Assembly: GCA_951406725.2 (NCBI GenBank)
Contig: OX597834.1
Location: forward strand, 21,886,001-21,950,000
DNA: 64,000 nucleotides
Origin: Octopus vulgaris
Lineage: Eukaryota
Direction of reading: 5' to 3'
Of this stretch, positions 52,237 through 64,000 are shown in pieces. Positions within the stretch are counted from its first letter, which is position 1. Every line of letters starts with the position of its first letter. The translations under genes were made by a program, and so were the position numbers. A model generated the notes under the pieces. It ran no database searches and had not been told where the DNA came from. It worked only from the letters and a program-made list of their open reading frames with translations.

Positions 52237-53066
52237 TTGGTAGAAGTTACAGAGTGACTCAAGGGTTGAGACTTTCTTACATTGGCACTTACCAAACTCA
52301 TTTACATTGCCAAATTCATATATATATATATAAGTATATATACATAGAGAGAGAGAGAGAGTGATAGAAAGAAAGGAAAATAATGATACAGAGAAGGTGA
52401 TGGATTGGGGTGAAATATGAAAATAAATTTCCAAAACTTTGATGGGGTGGGGGTCATTTCATTTCACTTTTTTTTTTAGATTATTCATCATAATTGTGTG
52501 TGTTTGAGTCCCATTTCCTGGATAAACAGCCAATTGTTCCTTGTTCTCATACAGATCGATAGATCTTCCGATCAATAACAAATTTTTTTAAGTGAATTAT
52601 TAATATACGATGTCATTGCTTTTATCATTGTCATCATCATCATCATCGTTGTTATTACTATTATCTTTATTATTATTATTATTATTATTATTCTCATTAT
52701 TATTAGTAGTAGTAGTATAAGTATGAGTAAACATTATATGTTCCTTGTACAGTGTGCAAAGTGTGTGTGTGTATGTGCAGGTTGATGCTCCTGTATAATA
52801 TATTGTGTGTGTCCTTATAAATACATTTGTTATGTATATATGCTTGTTATATAAATATATATCTATATAAATATTGTATATGTTAATGTGTTTGTATATA
52901 TATATATATATGTACATATTGTGGGCAGCTGTACATATATGAGTGTCTATACACACACAGACACACACACACACTCATTTATTTATACAAATATATACTG
53001 TGTACATAAAAAATATAGATATATATACATACATAAATATACATACGCCCCCACACATATATATAC

Positions 53067-53142
<76 letters not shown>

Positions 53143-53298
53143 CCCTGTAAGTTAGGATTATTATTCCCTCAAATAATATATATATATATATATATATATG
53201 ATAGAAATGGTTAGACAACAAAAGAATGAAAGAGACCTCGATATTATGTAAATAGAAGGAATTTATCTGTAAATGTAATATGTGACAATTATTCAGTA

Positions 53299-53368
53299 GC
53301 CATGATAAAACTCTGAGTTTCAGATGTCGGGGCAGAAACCCACGCCACCATCTCTTCAGTTATCCGGC
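53299..53368 (-). ncRNA. Type I hammerhead-like motif (left arm)
   Basis: Minus strand: GATAA-CTGAAGA-GATG[22 nt]CATC-T-GAA-ACTCAGAGT-T-TTATC. Confidence 0.6.
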
Positions 53369-53407
53369 CATCGAAAAAATGGTCATTTTCATAGCATTTT
53401 TCCAATG

Positions 53408-53477
53408 GCCGGATAACTGAAGAGACAGTGGCATGGGTTTCCACCCTGACATCCGAAACTCAGAGTTTTATCATGGC
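53408..53477 (+). ncRNA. Type I hammerhead-like motif (right arm)
   Basis: GCCG-GATAA-CTGAAGA-[stem II region]-C-GAA-ACTC(A)GAGT-T-TTATC-ATGGC. Stem I is GATAA/TTATC, helix III is near-palindromic and the triplet is GUU. Confidence 0.6.
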
Positions 53478-54660
53478 TACTGAATAATTGTCACATATTA
53501 TATTTACAAATACATATGTATATACATACATGTATATTTATTCACATTGTTTTGAATTAATCATGTGATGTCTCATAGCCTCATGATTTTGATGACGTAA
53601 TTGTTTATTTTGAGAATGACATTGCAGGGTAAGTATGATAGGCATGATCTGGAAAGGCTGAATATAACACAAGTAGAATATTTAGACAGGACATGACTGG
53701 CTTAAATAATATAGTCTCATGCATTGAATTAATTATATTTGTGCTTGATCCAACAAAATTCAGCTCATTTCTTAATTAGGAAGCGTCTTTAATTAGTGTC
53801 CCTTTTTTTATATGGCTGCCAAACTGGAATAAGTGTTTCTTCTGGTAGAAGAGTTTCATGCATCAGGCATGAACTGTCAACTTGGAACTCAGTATATTTA
53901 TTGTAGCAGAAGGGATTTAAGTACTAAAGTATCAACAAGATTCTCCACAAGAACTGTCATTTCATTCTCCATCATATCTATTGTTTATCATTTCTTCAAA
54001 TCAAATTAAGTTTAAAAAGGCTGAAAATTTTCTTCAAAGAATCCCCAAGAAAAATACCAAAATTTTGTAAATAAATAAATCCCAGATTTAATGCTGGAAA
54101 AATTTAATCTCTTTTAATTATCACATTTGTTTCAAAGTTTCTTTAAAATATTTCAAAATAATTTTTATGAAATTTTATAATTCTGAAAGGATTAATTCTG
54201 TTTAGATTAAATCAAGAATTCAACATAACTTCTTCAGTACTTCTAAGTATTTAATCCATTGTTAGCAAATCTACCCCACTACACACACACACACACACAT
54301 GCACACACACACGCGCACACACACACATGCACACATGCACGCACACACACACACACACACACATATTTCTGCAGAAAATGTTTTGGAAATTTTTTTTGTT
54401 GTGAATTAGGGCAAAAAAAATTATAATTATCTTTTGTTATAAAGTAATTTTTTTATAAATTAAATCAATTTTTTTATTCTTTAAAGTTTATTAAATGAAT
54501 CTCAGTCAAAGTTCCCTATGTGGAGTTATCAGTTGTTTCATCATGTAAACTACCAGACTCACTGAATTTGTGTGAAAAGTGGTTGAGTACTACACAGTCA
54601 CACATGTAATTTTAATGTAATTCTCACATATAATCAGCATAGCACAATGTTAGACGAGGT

Positions 54661-54715
<55 letters not shown>

Positions 54716-54834
54716 CAGACGAGCAGGCAGACAGACAGATATAAAATAATCAGAAATATGTATGAAGTAAATCATATCTTTATTTTAGATCACACCTTAA
54801 AAATCCAATAAATGTTTCACTTGCATTAACATAC

Positions 54835-55438
54835 AGGCGCAGGAGTGGCTGTGTGGTAAGTAGCTTGCTTACCAACCACATGGTTCCAGGTTCAGTCCCA
54901 CTGCATGGTACCATGGGCAAGTGTCTTCTACTGTAGCTTCAGGCCGACCAAAGCCTTGTGAGTGGATTTGGGAGACGGAAACTGAAAGAAGCCCATCATA
55001 TATGTATATATATGTGTGTAAGTTTGTCTACACAACATCGCAGATGTGTTTACATTCCCATAACTTAGTGGTTCAGCAAAAGAGACCAATAGAACCAGTG
55101 GCTGCACCAGGCTCCAATCTGATCAGGCAGTGCTTCTACAGCTTGATGTCCTTCCTAACACCAACCACTCCAAGACTGTAGTGTGTGATTTTTACATGCC
55201 ACCAGCACAGTATGTGTGTGTGTGTATGTGTATGAAGTTCAACATAATATATACATACATACATATATATATATGATGGGCTTCTTTCAGTTTCCATCTA
55301 CCAAATCCACTCATAAGGCTTTGGTCAGCTCAGTGCTATAGTAGAAGACACTTGCCCAAGGTGCCGTGCTGTGAGACTGAACCCAAAACCATGTGGTTGG
55401 GAAGCAAGCTTCTTACCACACAGCAAATCCTGCACCTA
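54835..55438. mobile_element. Inverted pair of SINE A 5' parts (+ 54835-55093, - 55274-55438) around a family C fragment
   Basis: Head aggcgcaggagtggctgtgtgg on the plus strand and a diverged reverse-complement head at the right end. Confidence 0.8.
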
Positions 55439-56039
55439 TATTTCAAGGAACCAGACAGGATGGCCACGGCTGGAGCATAAATGATCATTGATCTGCTTGC
55501 TCATGACTAACATGAGTTCTAAACAACAACAACAACAACAACACTACCTAAACTGCTTCGTTAAAAGCTTTATCGATTAATTACCGGCTCCTTGATCACT
55601 TGTTACTTTGCTTTGATCTTCTTCTCTTTCTAAACATTAATCATTAAATAAGTTTATTATGTTCTATCCGCCCTCTGGAATTCTTCAATCTGATTCATTT
55701 GGCCACACTTGCATTGCTTCCACCACCACCACAACAACAATAACAACAACAACAAACAACACCTTTACCTTCTCCTCCATTATCGCTACATCCGTGTGTG
55801 TGTATGTGTGTGTGTGTTTCGGATTTTTCACACCTTTGCTTCCCTTAGCAACCACTTCTGATAGCTAGACAGATGGTTTTATAGACAGATAGGTGGATGG
55901 ACAGACAGACGGACAGAAACATCAATAAAAAGATAGACAGGTAGACAGACTGAGAGAAGAGAGATAAAAACGGATATTTTAGCTAAGTAGGTAAAGAGCA
56001 ACAGATAGATATAGATATTTATATATCTATATATATCTG

Positions 56040-56148
<109 letters not shown>

Positions 56149-56236
56149 ATAGCTATGAAATACACACACACACACAATGTATATATACACACACATATGC
56201 ACACACACAAATGTATAAATATACATATATACAGGC

Positions 56237-56277
<41 letters not shown>

Positions 56278-56285
56278 TATGTATG

Positions 56286-56339
<54 letters not shown>

Positions 56340-56830
56340 TAAGTATGTATAGATATGTACACACACCTTCATACACACACACACACACATACACCTTCAC
56401 ACACACACAAACACACACATGCACCTTCCCACACACACACACACAAACACACACATACACCTTCACAATCACATACAAACACACACACACAAACACACAG
56501 ACATACACCTTCACACACACACACACATATTTCAACTTCTGCCTGTAACTCCTAATTTCCCATCTAATTCCTTACCATTATCCTTCCTCTGTGTTTTACT
56601 TGTCCAGCATCTCACACCTTGGTGACAAATGTCGCTCCTCCACGGTATTTTCTGATCTTATAAACCAATGCCATTCCCAGCCACTGATTTACCGGAATAT
56701 TCTCCAAGTGTAACGCAATCGACAAAATTATGACTCAGTGCAAAAGATGGGTGGAGGGGTGGCGGGCAGGAGTGGAAAGTCTCTTGTGGCTTGGTTTTAG
56801 AATTAAGAGGAATTATTGTCATTCGATTTT

Positions 56831-56832
<2 letters not shown>

Positions 56833-56883
<51 letters not shown>

Positions 56884-56966
56884 ATCTTCTTTCTCTCTTC
56901 CTTCTTTTGCTAATCTCCTTCACCCCTCTTCTCCCCTACATTTTCTGTCTCCTTTGTCTTTCTGTA

Positions 56967-57046
<80 letters not shown>

Positions 57047-57141
57047 GCGTCTTCTGTGTACTTTCTGTCTTGGCTATTATTTCCTTTCTTTTTCTATCTC
57101 CTTTTCTCTCTCTCTACTTCTCTCTACCTTTCTTGCTGTCC

Positions 57142-57179
<38 letters not shown>

Positions 57180-57375
57180 ATCTCCATATCTCTATCTCTT
57201 GTTCTCTCTTCCCTTCTATCTCTCTCTCTCATCTCTCCTTTCCATTTTTACATACACTTGAAATTATTCTCTTTATCTCTCTCCCCCTCTCTCCCTCCTC
57301 TCCCCCTCTCTATATATATATCTTTCTATTTATTTGTCTCTCTCTCTATTTATATCTCCCTCTCTCATTATTTCT
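56833..57375. repeat. (TC)n-rich polypyrimidine tract
   Basis: Read directly from the sequence; source of the spurious SLSL ORFs. Confidence 0.92.
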
Positions 57376-57501
57376 TTCACACACTCAAATCCAAACACAA
57401 GTACATTTTGAAAAAAAAACCAACAACAAATGCAAGACTAGTTAATAGAAAATTCTCCATTGAGAATTTTTTTTATTTAATCTTATAGTCATCTGTATTA
57501 C

Positions 57502-57535
<34 letters not shown>

Positions 57536-58165
57536 ATGTTCAGTTCTCAAAACCATTCTCTCTAAAAGACTTACAATCTCAGATTTGATTTTGTCTTGTC
57601 TCTCTGTCTCCTATGGGTTTTTTTTTCCTAATCAAAATCTGAAAATCCAATCCTTATTTTTATTTATTTATTTCTATGTACGTTTATTTATTCGTTTTGA
57701 ATTTAAGACTATTTGTTTATCTCAAATATACTTTAATTCTTGTTTGTGTTTCCAAATTCTATTTCCCTGATAGGTTTTTTTTTTCTTTCTTAAACATTCA
57801 TCAACATGTGATCTTTATATTCTTCAACAAATGATATTTCTAACCCTTACCAAATTCCTTACAGAAAAGGAAAAAAAAAATGAAAGGAAAGAATTTTGAA
57901 ATGGGATTTTAACATTTTTACTAAAAGTTCTGGAGTATTAAGAGATCAAATTTACTTTGTGTCTGTGTTATGTTTTGTATGTGTGTTTGTATATACATGT
58001 GTGTGTGTGTGTGTGTATGTGTGTGTGTATGTGTGTGTGCGTACAGTTATTACTTCTGAGACAAGACCTTCTTGATAACAATAACCAGTTGATAACATTA
58101 TTTGCAATTTATAAATGTCTTTGTATGTATGTATATATTGATAGATAAATAGATAGAGATAGATA

Positions 58166-58393
58166 TATTTCTTTATTACCCACAAGGAGCTAAACATAGA
58201 AGGGACAAACAAAGACAAAGTATTAAGTCGATTATATCGACACCAGTGCGTAACTGGTACTTAATTTATCGACCCCGAAAGGATGAAAGGCAAAGTCGAC
58301 CTCGGCGGAATTTGAGCTCAGAACGTAACGGCAGACGAAATACGGCTACGCGTTTCGTCCGGCGTGCTAACGTTTCTGCCAGCTCGCCGCCTA
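58166..58393 (-). mobile_element. SINE family B (tail type 1), CpG-rich young-looking copy
   Basis: Reverse complement: aggcggcgagctggcagaaacgttagcacgccggacgaaacg...gagctcaaattccgccgaggtcgactttgcctttcatcctttcggggtcgataaattaagtaccag...gtgggtaataaagaaata. Confidence 0.9.
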
Positions 58394-59666
58394 AATAGAG
58401 ATAGATAGATAGGCAGGCAGGCTGGTAGGCAGGCAAACAGACATACATACGTGGTGCAGATGTAGCTGTGTGGTTAAGAAGTTTGCTTCCCAACCTCACG
58501 GTTTTAGGTTCAGTTCCTGGCCATGGCATCTTAGGCAATAATGAATATAACCATTGTTTGTCAATGATATGCAAAGTGAAGATGACTTTTTAGCCCTGGG
58601 TGGTGTTCAGCTTTTACCACTGCTGTTGTACAAATGTCTCTTCTCTGTTAAATGCTATGCAGGATCATGTCAACTGGATCATGTGCAGATATATATATAA
58701 ATCTATGTATATGCTTTTGTTAATGTTTGTAGCATGTATGTTTTTATATACATAGACATTTATGTATGTATATTCATTCATTTAACACTGCTGATTCACT
58801 CCAATTTTTTTACCTGTATATTATGACCCAACATGCCAAAAATAGTAGCCAAATTTCCTTTGAAAGTAAAATACATCCTGGAGCACCTTTGACCATTAAT
58901 CTGTCCAATTGTTGCTGATCAAGCACTACACAAGAACAAAAATTATTAGTTCTAACTGATCACAATTGGGAAATAGATGAGGTGTGAGTAGGTTTTCTAC
59001 AAAGGTTGGTCTTGTTGCAAAAAAAATAATAAAAAGTCGGTACAGCTGAAATATCGCAGAAGAAGGGGCATAACTCCAGCCACTTCGGTTACGTTTGCAG
59101 AAAGCTTTAATTCCCATGTTAGTGCGTCATAAAGTGAAGTGGTTCGTTATCTTTAGAGGAAACTTCCACACTTTCAAACTACTTACATGTACCACACCCT
59201 CAACTAGTCCTTGATGGGTAGAGTTTTTTGCAGAAAAATACGTCTATAGTAATATTCCCCAATGTCTTTACTCTTCGAGAACCTTTAAAATACATTCCAT
59301 ATCAGTAGGAACTTTTACATAATATTTATTATATATCTTTTCCAGTCTTTTTCTTTCTCTTTCATGAAATTAAATTTCATGAGAGTGGTTCTCAACCAGG
59401 GTCTACATGACCCTTAGGGGTTCGTGGAAAATTTTGTTGTTAAAATTTATCTGTAATAAACTGGTTATGCTTCCACAATGCACGAAATATTTTTATTTAA
59501 TCTTATACTCATCTATAATATATATATACACACACACACACACTCTATTTTATGTTCAGTTCTCAAAACCATTCTCTCTAAAAGACTTATTTTTTATTTT
59601 AAAAGACAATTTTTTATGCAATTCCTAATAATATATAACTGTGGGAGTACAATAAGATCTTTTTAA

Positions 59667-59882
59667 CCCTTTTGTTACCATGTTTATTTTGAGATGCTCG
59701 GTGTTTCTTTCAATTACTTTAAATGTAACAAAGAATTTAGTAAAATAACTTAGTTGTCATGAAGCTAGTGTTAGGAACATAAATTGTGACTAAGGTGGAA
59801 GATTTTAATTCAGAACTTTTGAAAACAAGACATTTGTACTAAAGAGCCAGAGCTGGTTTCAGCTGGGTTGGCAACGAAAGGA
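59667..59882. mobile_element. piggyBac-type MITE flanked by TTAA
   Basis: TTAA at 59663-59666 and 59883-59886, with imperfect TIRs cccttttgttacc / ggcaacgaaagga. Confidence 0.65.
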
Positions 59883-61332
59883 TTAAAACACTGAATGCTT
59901 CTGAGTATCTACTTGAATGAAATAGAAAACAAAGGGATCCATAGACAAAAAATGGTTTAAACGAATCCCAAAACTGTCTTTGAAAGGTTTGGCAGTGTTA
60001 AATCCATTTCACACATAATGAAGGTCTAAGAAGTTTTGTCTTAACCAAGACCTTATTTAGACCAATATCCTTTATATTTTCAAATTAAAAACTATTTTTT
60101 TCTTGTAAGGTTTTTTTTTTTACTGCCATCAGCTTCCATGAACCTCTGTTGGGAAATACTTATCTAAATTATGGCAGCATGGAACTATAATTTAGAAGGA
60201 ACATTAAAAATATTAATATAAAATGCCTGCAAATTCAAACAAACAACACAGTACCCATGACTTTTGGGAAATATTTTTTTCACACCCAGAATTGCTGAAG
60301 CATGGAATAAACTACCAGCATCCATTGTTAACTTTCAGGATACTACATTATAGAAACCATACATGCTTCCTGAAATTCACCCACAGTACACCTGGTGCCC
60401 CTCCACCCTTTATTTTTAGTGACTTGTTCACTGTTCACTTCCTGTTCATTATTCTATGCACTGTTCATGCACTCTGCACTTTTGGCTAATTTTTCTAAGG
60501 AGTTGTGCACCTGAGCACTGTATACCATTCATTACTATAAAGTCGTTGTAGAACCATTGAGGGGAAGAAATGAAGGAAAATGTAAACAGACAGTACGTTT
60601 CTGCTTCTTAATTTCAAAGGTTTATATTTCTTTATTTTATTTTACAATGGATCAAATGAGTAGCAATTAGTATATTTTGCATATATTTTCTTCGTGAAGA
60701 AGTCAAGTGGTTAATTAACGTCAGAGGGGAAAATGTCACAGATTCAAACTACTTAAGACACTCGACCTGCCAAATAAACAAACAATTCACAGGAGAAATC
60801 AATAGATTTTTTGGTGGTTTGTTTTATTCTCAGGAAACTGTAATTGTTAGTTTGAAAATAAGAGAGATGAAGAGTTCAAAAGTGTATATAATATGTAACT
60901 GATGAATGCATATGGCTGAGTGGTTAGGATGTTGCACTTATGATAACAAGGGTTTCAATTTCTGGATCAGGTAGTACACCGTGTTCCTGATAACGAGATT
61001 GCAGTTTCAATTACTGGGCTGGATAGTACATTGTGGACCAAGTAGTACATTGAGGGCCTAGTAGTTAGAATCAAATAAACAAAAAGAATGCAGCTCCAGT
61101 AATGGACAGAGACAGCAACTATGGAAGAAGTTGCAAGAAGCAACGAAAATTTTAGGAAAAAAAATAAATAAATAAGTAAATGAGTGGAAATGGAACCAGT
61201 GTGTGTGTTAATTAAAGCATTAAAACAGAATGACTCTCTCCGGACACAACAAAATATGCTTCAATATGACACAAATTCACTTAAAGAATCTTGCAAAAAC
61301 CGAATACAAAAACGAAATATATATATATACAA

Positions 61333-61364
<32 letters not shown>

Positions 61365-62443
61365 TCTTTTATTTGTTTCAGTCATTTGACTGCAGCCATG
61401 CTGGAGCACCGCCTATATACATATCATTCTTTGATTTTCAAGAATTTTATTCATTTCAGGAAGGGTTGGACAGGCATAGGAGTGAAAGTGTTCTTGAAAT
61501 GGTAAACCAGTTCCCAGAATAAGTTGATCTGCCACAATGGTGGGAAGAGAATTTTTATGGTTTGGGATGGGACGTTAGTCAGAGGAAAAATAATAAATGA
61601 GAAAATAACCACCTCGGTTAGCCTTTAAAACTTATTAACTTCTATAATACAGATTTAGTAAGTGCTTTACCAAACTGAAGTTTGGGACGGTAGACTGCCT
61701 CAATCTCTGTATGTATGTATATATATATATATGCATATATGTGTGTGTATGCATATATTTTTGTGTGTGTGTGTGAGAGAGAGCATGCATGTGTATGTAT
61801 CATGCATGTACCTATGCATCTATGTATATAAGTAGGTATATATATATATTTATTTATTTATTTGTATGCTTATGTTTGTATATTTCTATAGATGCATTAA
61901 TATATGTAAGCAAATATACATATATTTATATATATATATTTGTGTGTAGTTTTATTTTTACTTCCCTAATTATCTTTACTCAACATCCCAGGACCTTTCC
62001 CAGAAATATTAAAATTCACAACTCATCCACAACAAAAGAATTTATTCAAACTCACAGACATTCTTAACTGATGTTTTACAACTCAGACCCATCACTTGGC
62101 TTCCTCAGATTATGGCTTATATTACCACAATTGGCGCCAATTAAATACCTACTTAGGTTCTCCTTTGTTCATCCTTGCTAGTCGCTGTGAATATTTCCTC
62201 TCATCATTGTCGCCATCAGAACACTTCCTCGTCTTAATCCTGGATATTAACTCTTGTATATGTCATTGCTCTCAGACACATTTCTGGGAGAGTGTCGACA
62301 CCTTTAAGTATTTTTAGAGAGACAGATAGGGAAACAGATAAACACAGGCAGACAGACAGATATCATACACAAATATTTACATATATACACTTATATATAC
62401 ATACAAATTTATATGAATATGTGTATCTGTATGTGTGTGTGTG

Positions 62444-62515
<72 letters not shown>

Positions 62516-62528
62516 TAGATAGATAGAT

Positions 62529-62839
62529 GGAGGCGCAATGGCCCAGTGGTTAGGGCAGCGGACTAGCAGTCGTAGGATTGCGGTTTTGATTCCCAGACCG
62601 GGCGTTGTGAGTGTCTATTGAGCGAAAACACCTAAAGCTCCACGAGGCTCCGGCAGAGGGTGGTGGCAATCCCTGCTGTACGCTTTCGCCACAAATTTCT
62701 CTCACTCTTTCTTCTGTTGGCCTGCTCGCTCTGCCAGCAGGGTGGCGTCATTTGAAGGCTAAAACAATGCAAAGCGCATTGTGACCAGCGATGTGTAACA
62801 ACATCTGATAGCATGGTCGGTCACGGTGATCACGGTGAT
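62529..62839 (+). mobile_element. tRNA-derived SINE family D, single copy
   Basis: A-box tggcccagtgg and B-box-like ggttttgattcc, a GC-rich body, and a tail repeat tcacggtga x2; embedded in (AGAT)n. Confidence 0.75.
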
Positions 62840-63340
62840 ATAGATAGATAGATAGATATACATCATCATCATCACAATGCACATGCATTTATATATAAAT
62901 ATATACATACATATATACATACACTTATATAAATACATATATACGTACACACACATACATATATACATATACACACACACATATCCACACACATGCATAT
63001 AATCACAGACATCTGTGTGTGTGTATTGTATGTGTGTATATCAATCCCATACAATATTAAGATTATATCCATACTATATAGGATTACTATATTAGGTTAT
63101 CTATCATTTACTGGGATTATATTTCCACCCTTGTATTTACTTATATTTTAGCAGAAATTAAATTTAATATCTCGTTATCTTAATGAAATTAATCCCTACA
63201 AAATTAGCAGACTACAAAATATTAATTCATGTGGTTTTAATATCTGTTCATCTGGGATATTCAAATTATATTTTTAAAACTTAAAAGAGAAAACATACCC
63301 CCCCACACACACACAAACACAAGGAGTCACACTAAATGTA

Positions 63341-63714
63341 GAGTGGCTGTGTGGTAAGTAGCTTGTTTACCAACCACATGGTTCCGGGTTCAGTCCCACA
63401 GTGTGGCACCTTGGGCAAGTGTCTTCTACTATAGCCTCGGGCTGACCAAAGCCTTGTGAGTGGATTTGGTAGATGGAAACTGAAAGAAGCCCGTCGTATA
63501 TATGTATATATATGTGTTTGTGTGTCTGTGTTTGTCCCCCCACCATTGCTTGACAACCAATGCTGGTGTGTTTATGTCCCCGTCACTTAGCGGTTCGGCA
63601 AAAGAGACCGATAGAATAAGTACTGGGCTTACAAAGAATAAGTCCTGGGGTCGAGTTGCTGGATTAAAGGCGGTGTTCCAGCATGGCCGCTGTCAAATGA
63701 CTGAAACAAATAAG
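63341..63714 (+). mobile_element. SINE family A, near full length
   Basis: gagtggctgtgtggtaagtagcttg...gggttcagtccc...gtcaaatgactgaaacaa. Confidence 0.92.
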
Positions 63715-64000
63715 AAAAAAAAAATTTTTAATTTAAAAAAATATAAAAATACAATTTCTTGATCTCTTACAATTTTAATTGTGACATCCTGAATAAATTT
63801 TAAAAGGATTTAAAAGGAATACTTAAATGGAGACCATTTGCTTTGACAAGAGATGTTAGTGATGCCCTCAATCTTGAAAAAAAAATTAGCCTCTAGCTAA
63901 GAGTTACCAGCTCTTCTTAACAGTCATCAACCTAGAAAGCATCTTGACAAAATATCTCATTCAGAACTGAGGTAGCCTGTGGTGGTCACTAAAACACAGT

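Larger units (their letters stand above)
53264..53512. repeat. Long inverted repeat (arms 53264-53381 and 53395-53512) within a TA-flanked element spanning ~53200-53512
   Basis: The arms are reverse complements with scattered substitutions; each carries a hammerhead-like fold. Confidence 0.92.

Noticed and set aside
59187-59282. Minus-strand segment between an AG and a GTAAGT donor
   Set aside because: Stop codons in all three frames.
62529-62605. Possible tRNA gene (also the SINE A/B heads and ~60910-60970)
   Set aside because: A/B boxes are present but I could not build a complete cloverleaf. The sequence runs on into a SINE-like body and tail.

Overview
AT-rich, microsatellite-saturated eukaryotic DNA, probably intronic or intergenic. 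The SINE families and repeat landscape resemble Octopus (cephalopod) genomes; this is an inference from recognition, not a search. Almost all ORFs in the supplied track are artefacts of (TA)n, (CA)n, (ATT)n and (TC)n repeats. The window holds more than 20 copies or fragments of one tRNA-derived SINE (family A), many copies of a second (family B, with two alternative tails) and one copy of a third (family D). It also holds 3' fragments of RTE, R4/Dong-like and Tx1/L1-like non-LTR retrotransposons, plus mariner-type and piggyBac-type MITEs. One RTE fragment has a stop-free 275-codon frame with a PHD-like finger, and its 3' UTR recurs as short copies (family C). A few isolated splice-site-flanked segments may be exons of an unidentified host gene. 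The most interesting signal is a set of short non-coding elements in or beside (TA)n/(TG)n tracts. Each carries a minimal type I hammerhead-ribozyme fold with a palindromic helix III, as in Penelope-like element terminal repeats, and two of them are arranged as long fold-back palindromes.
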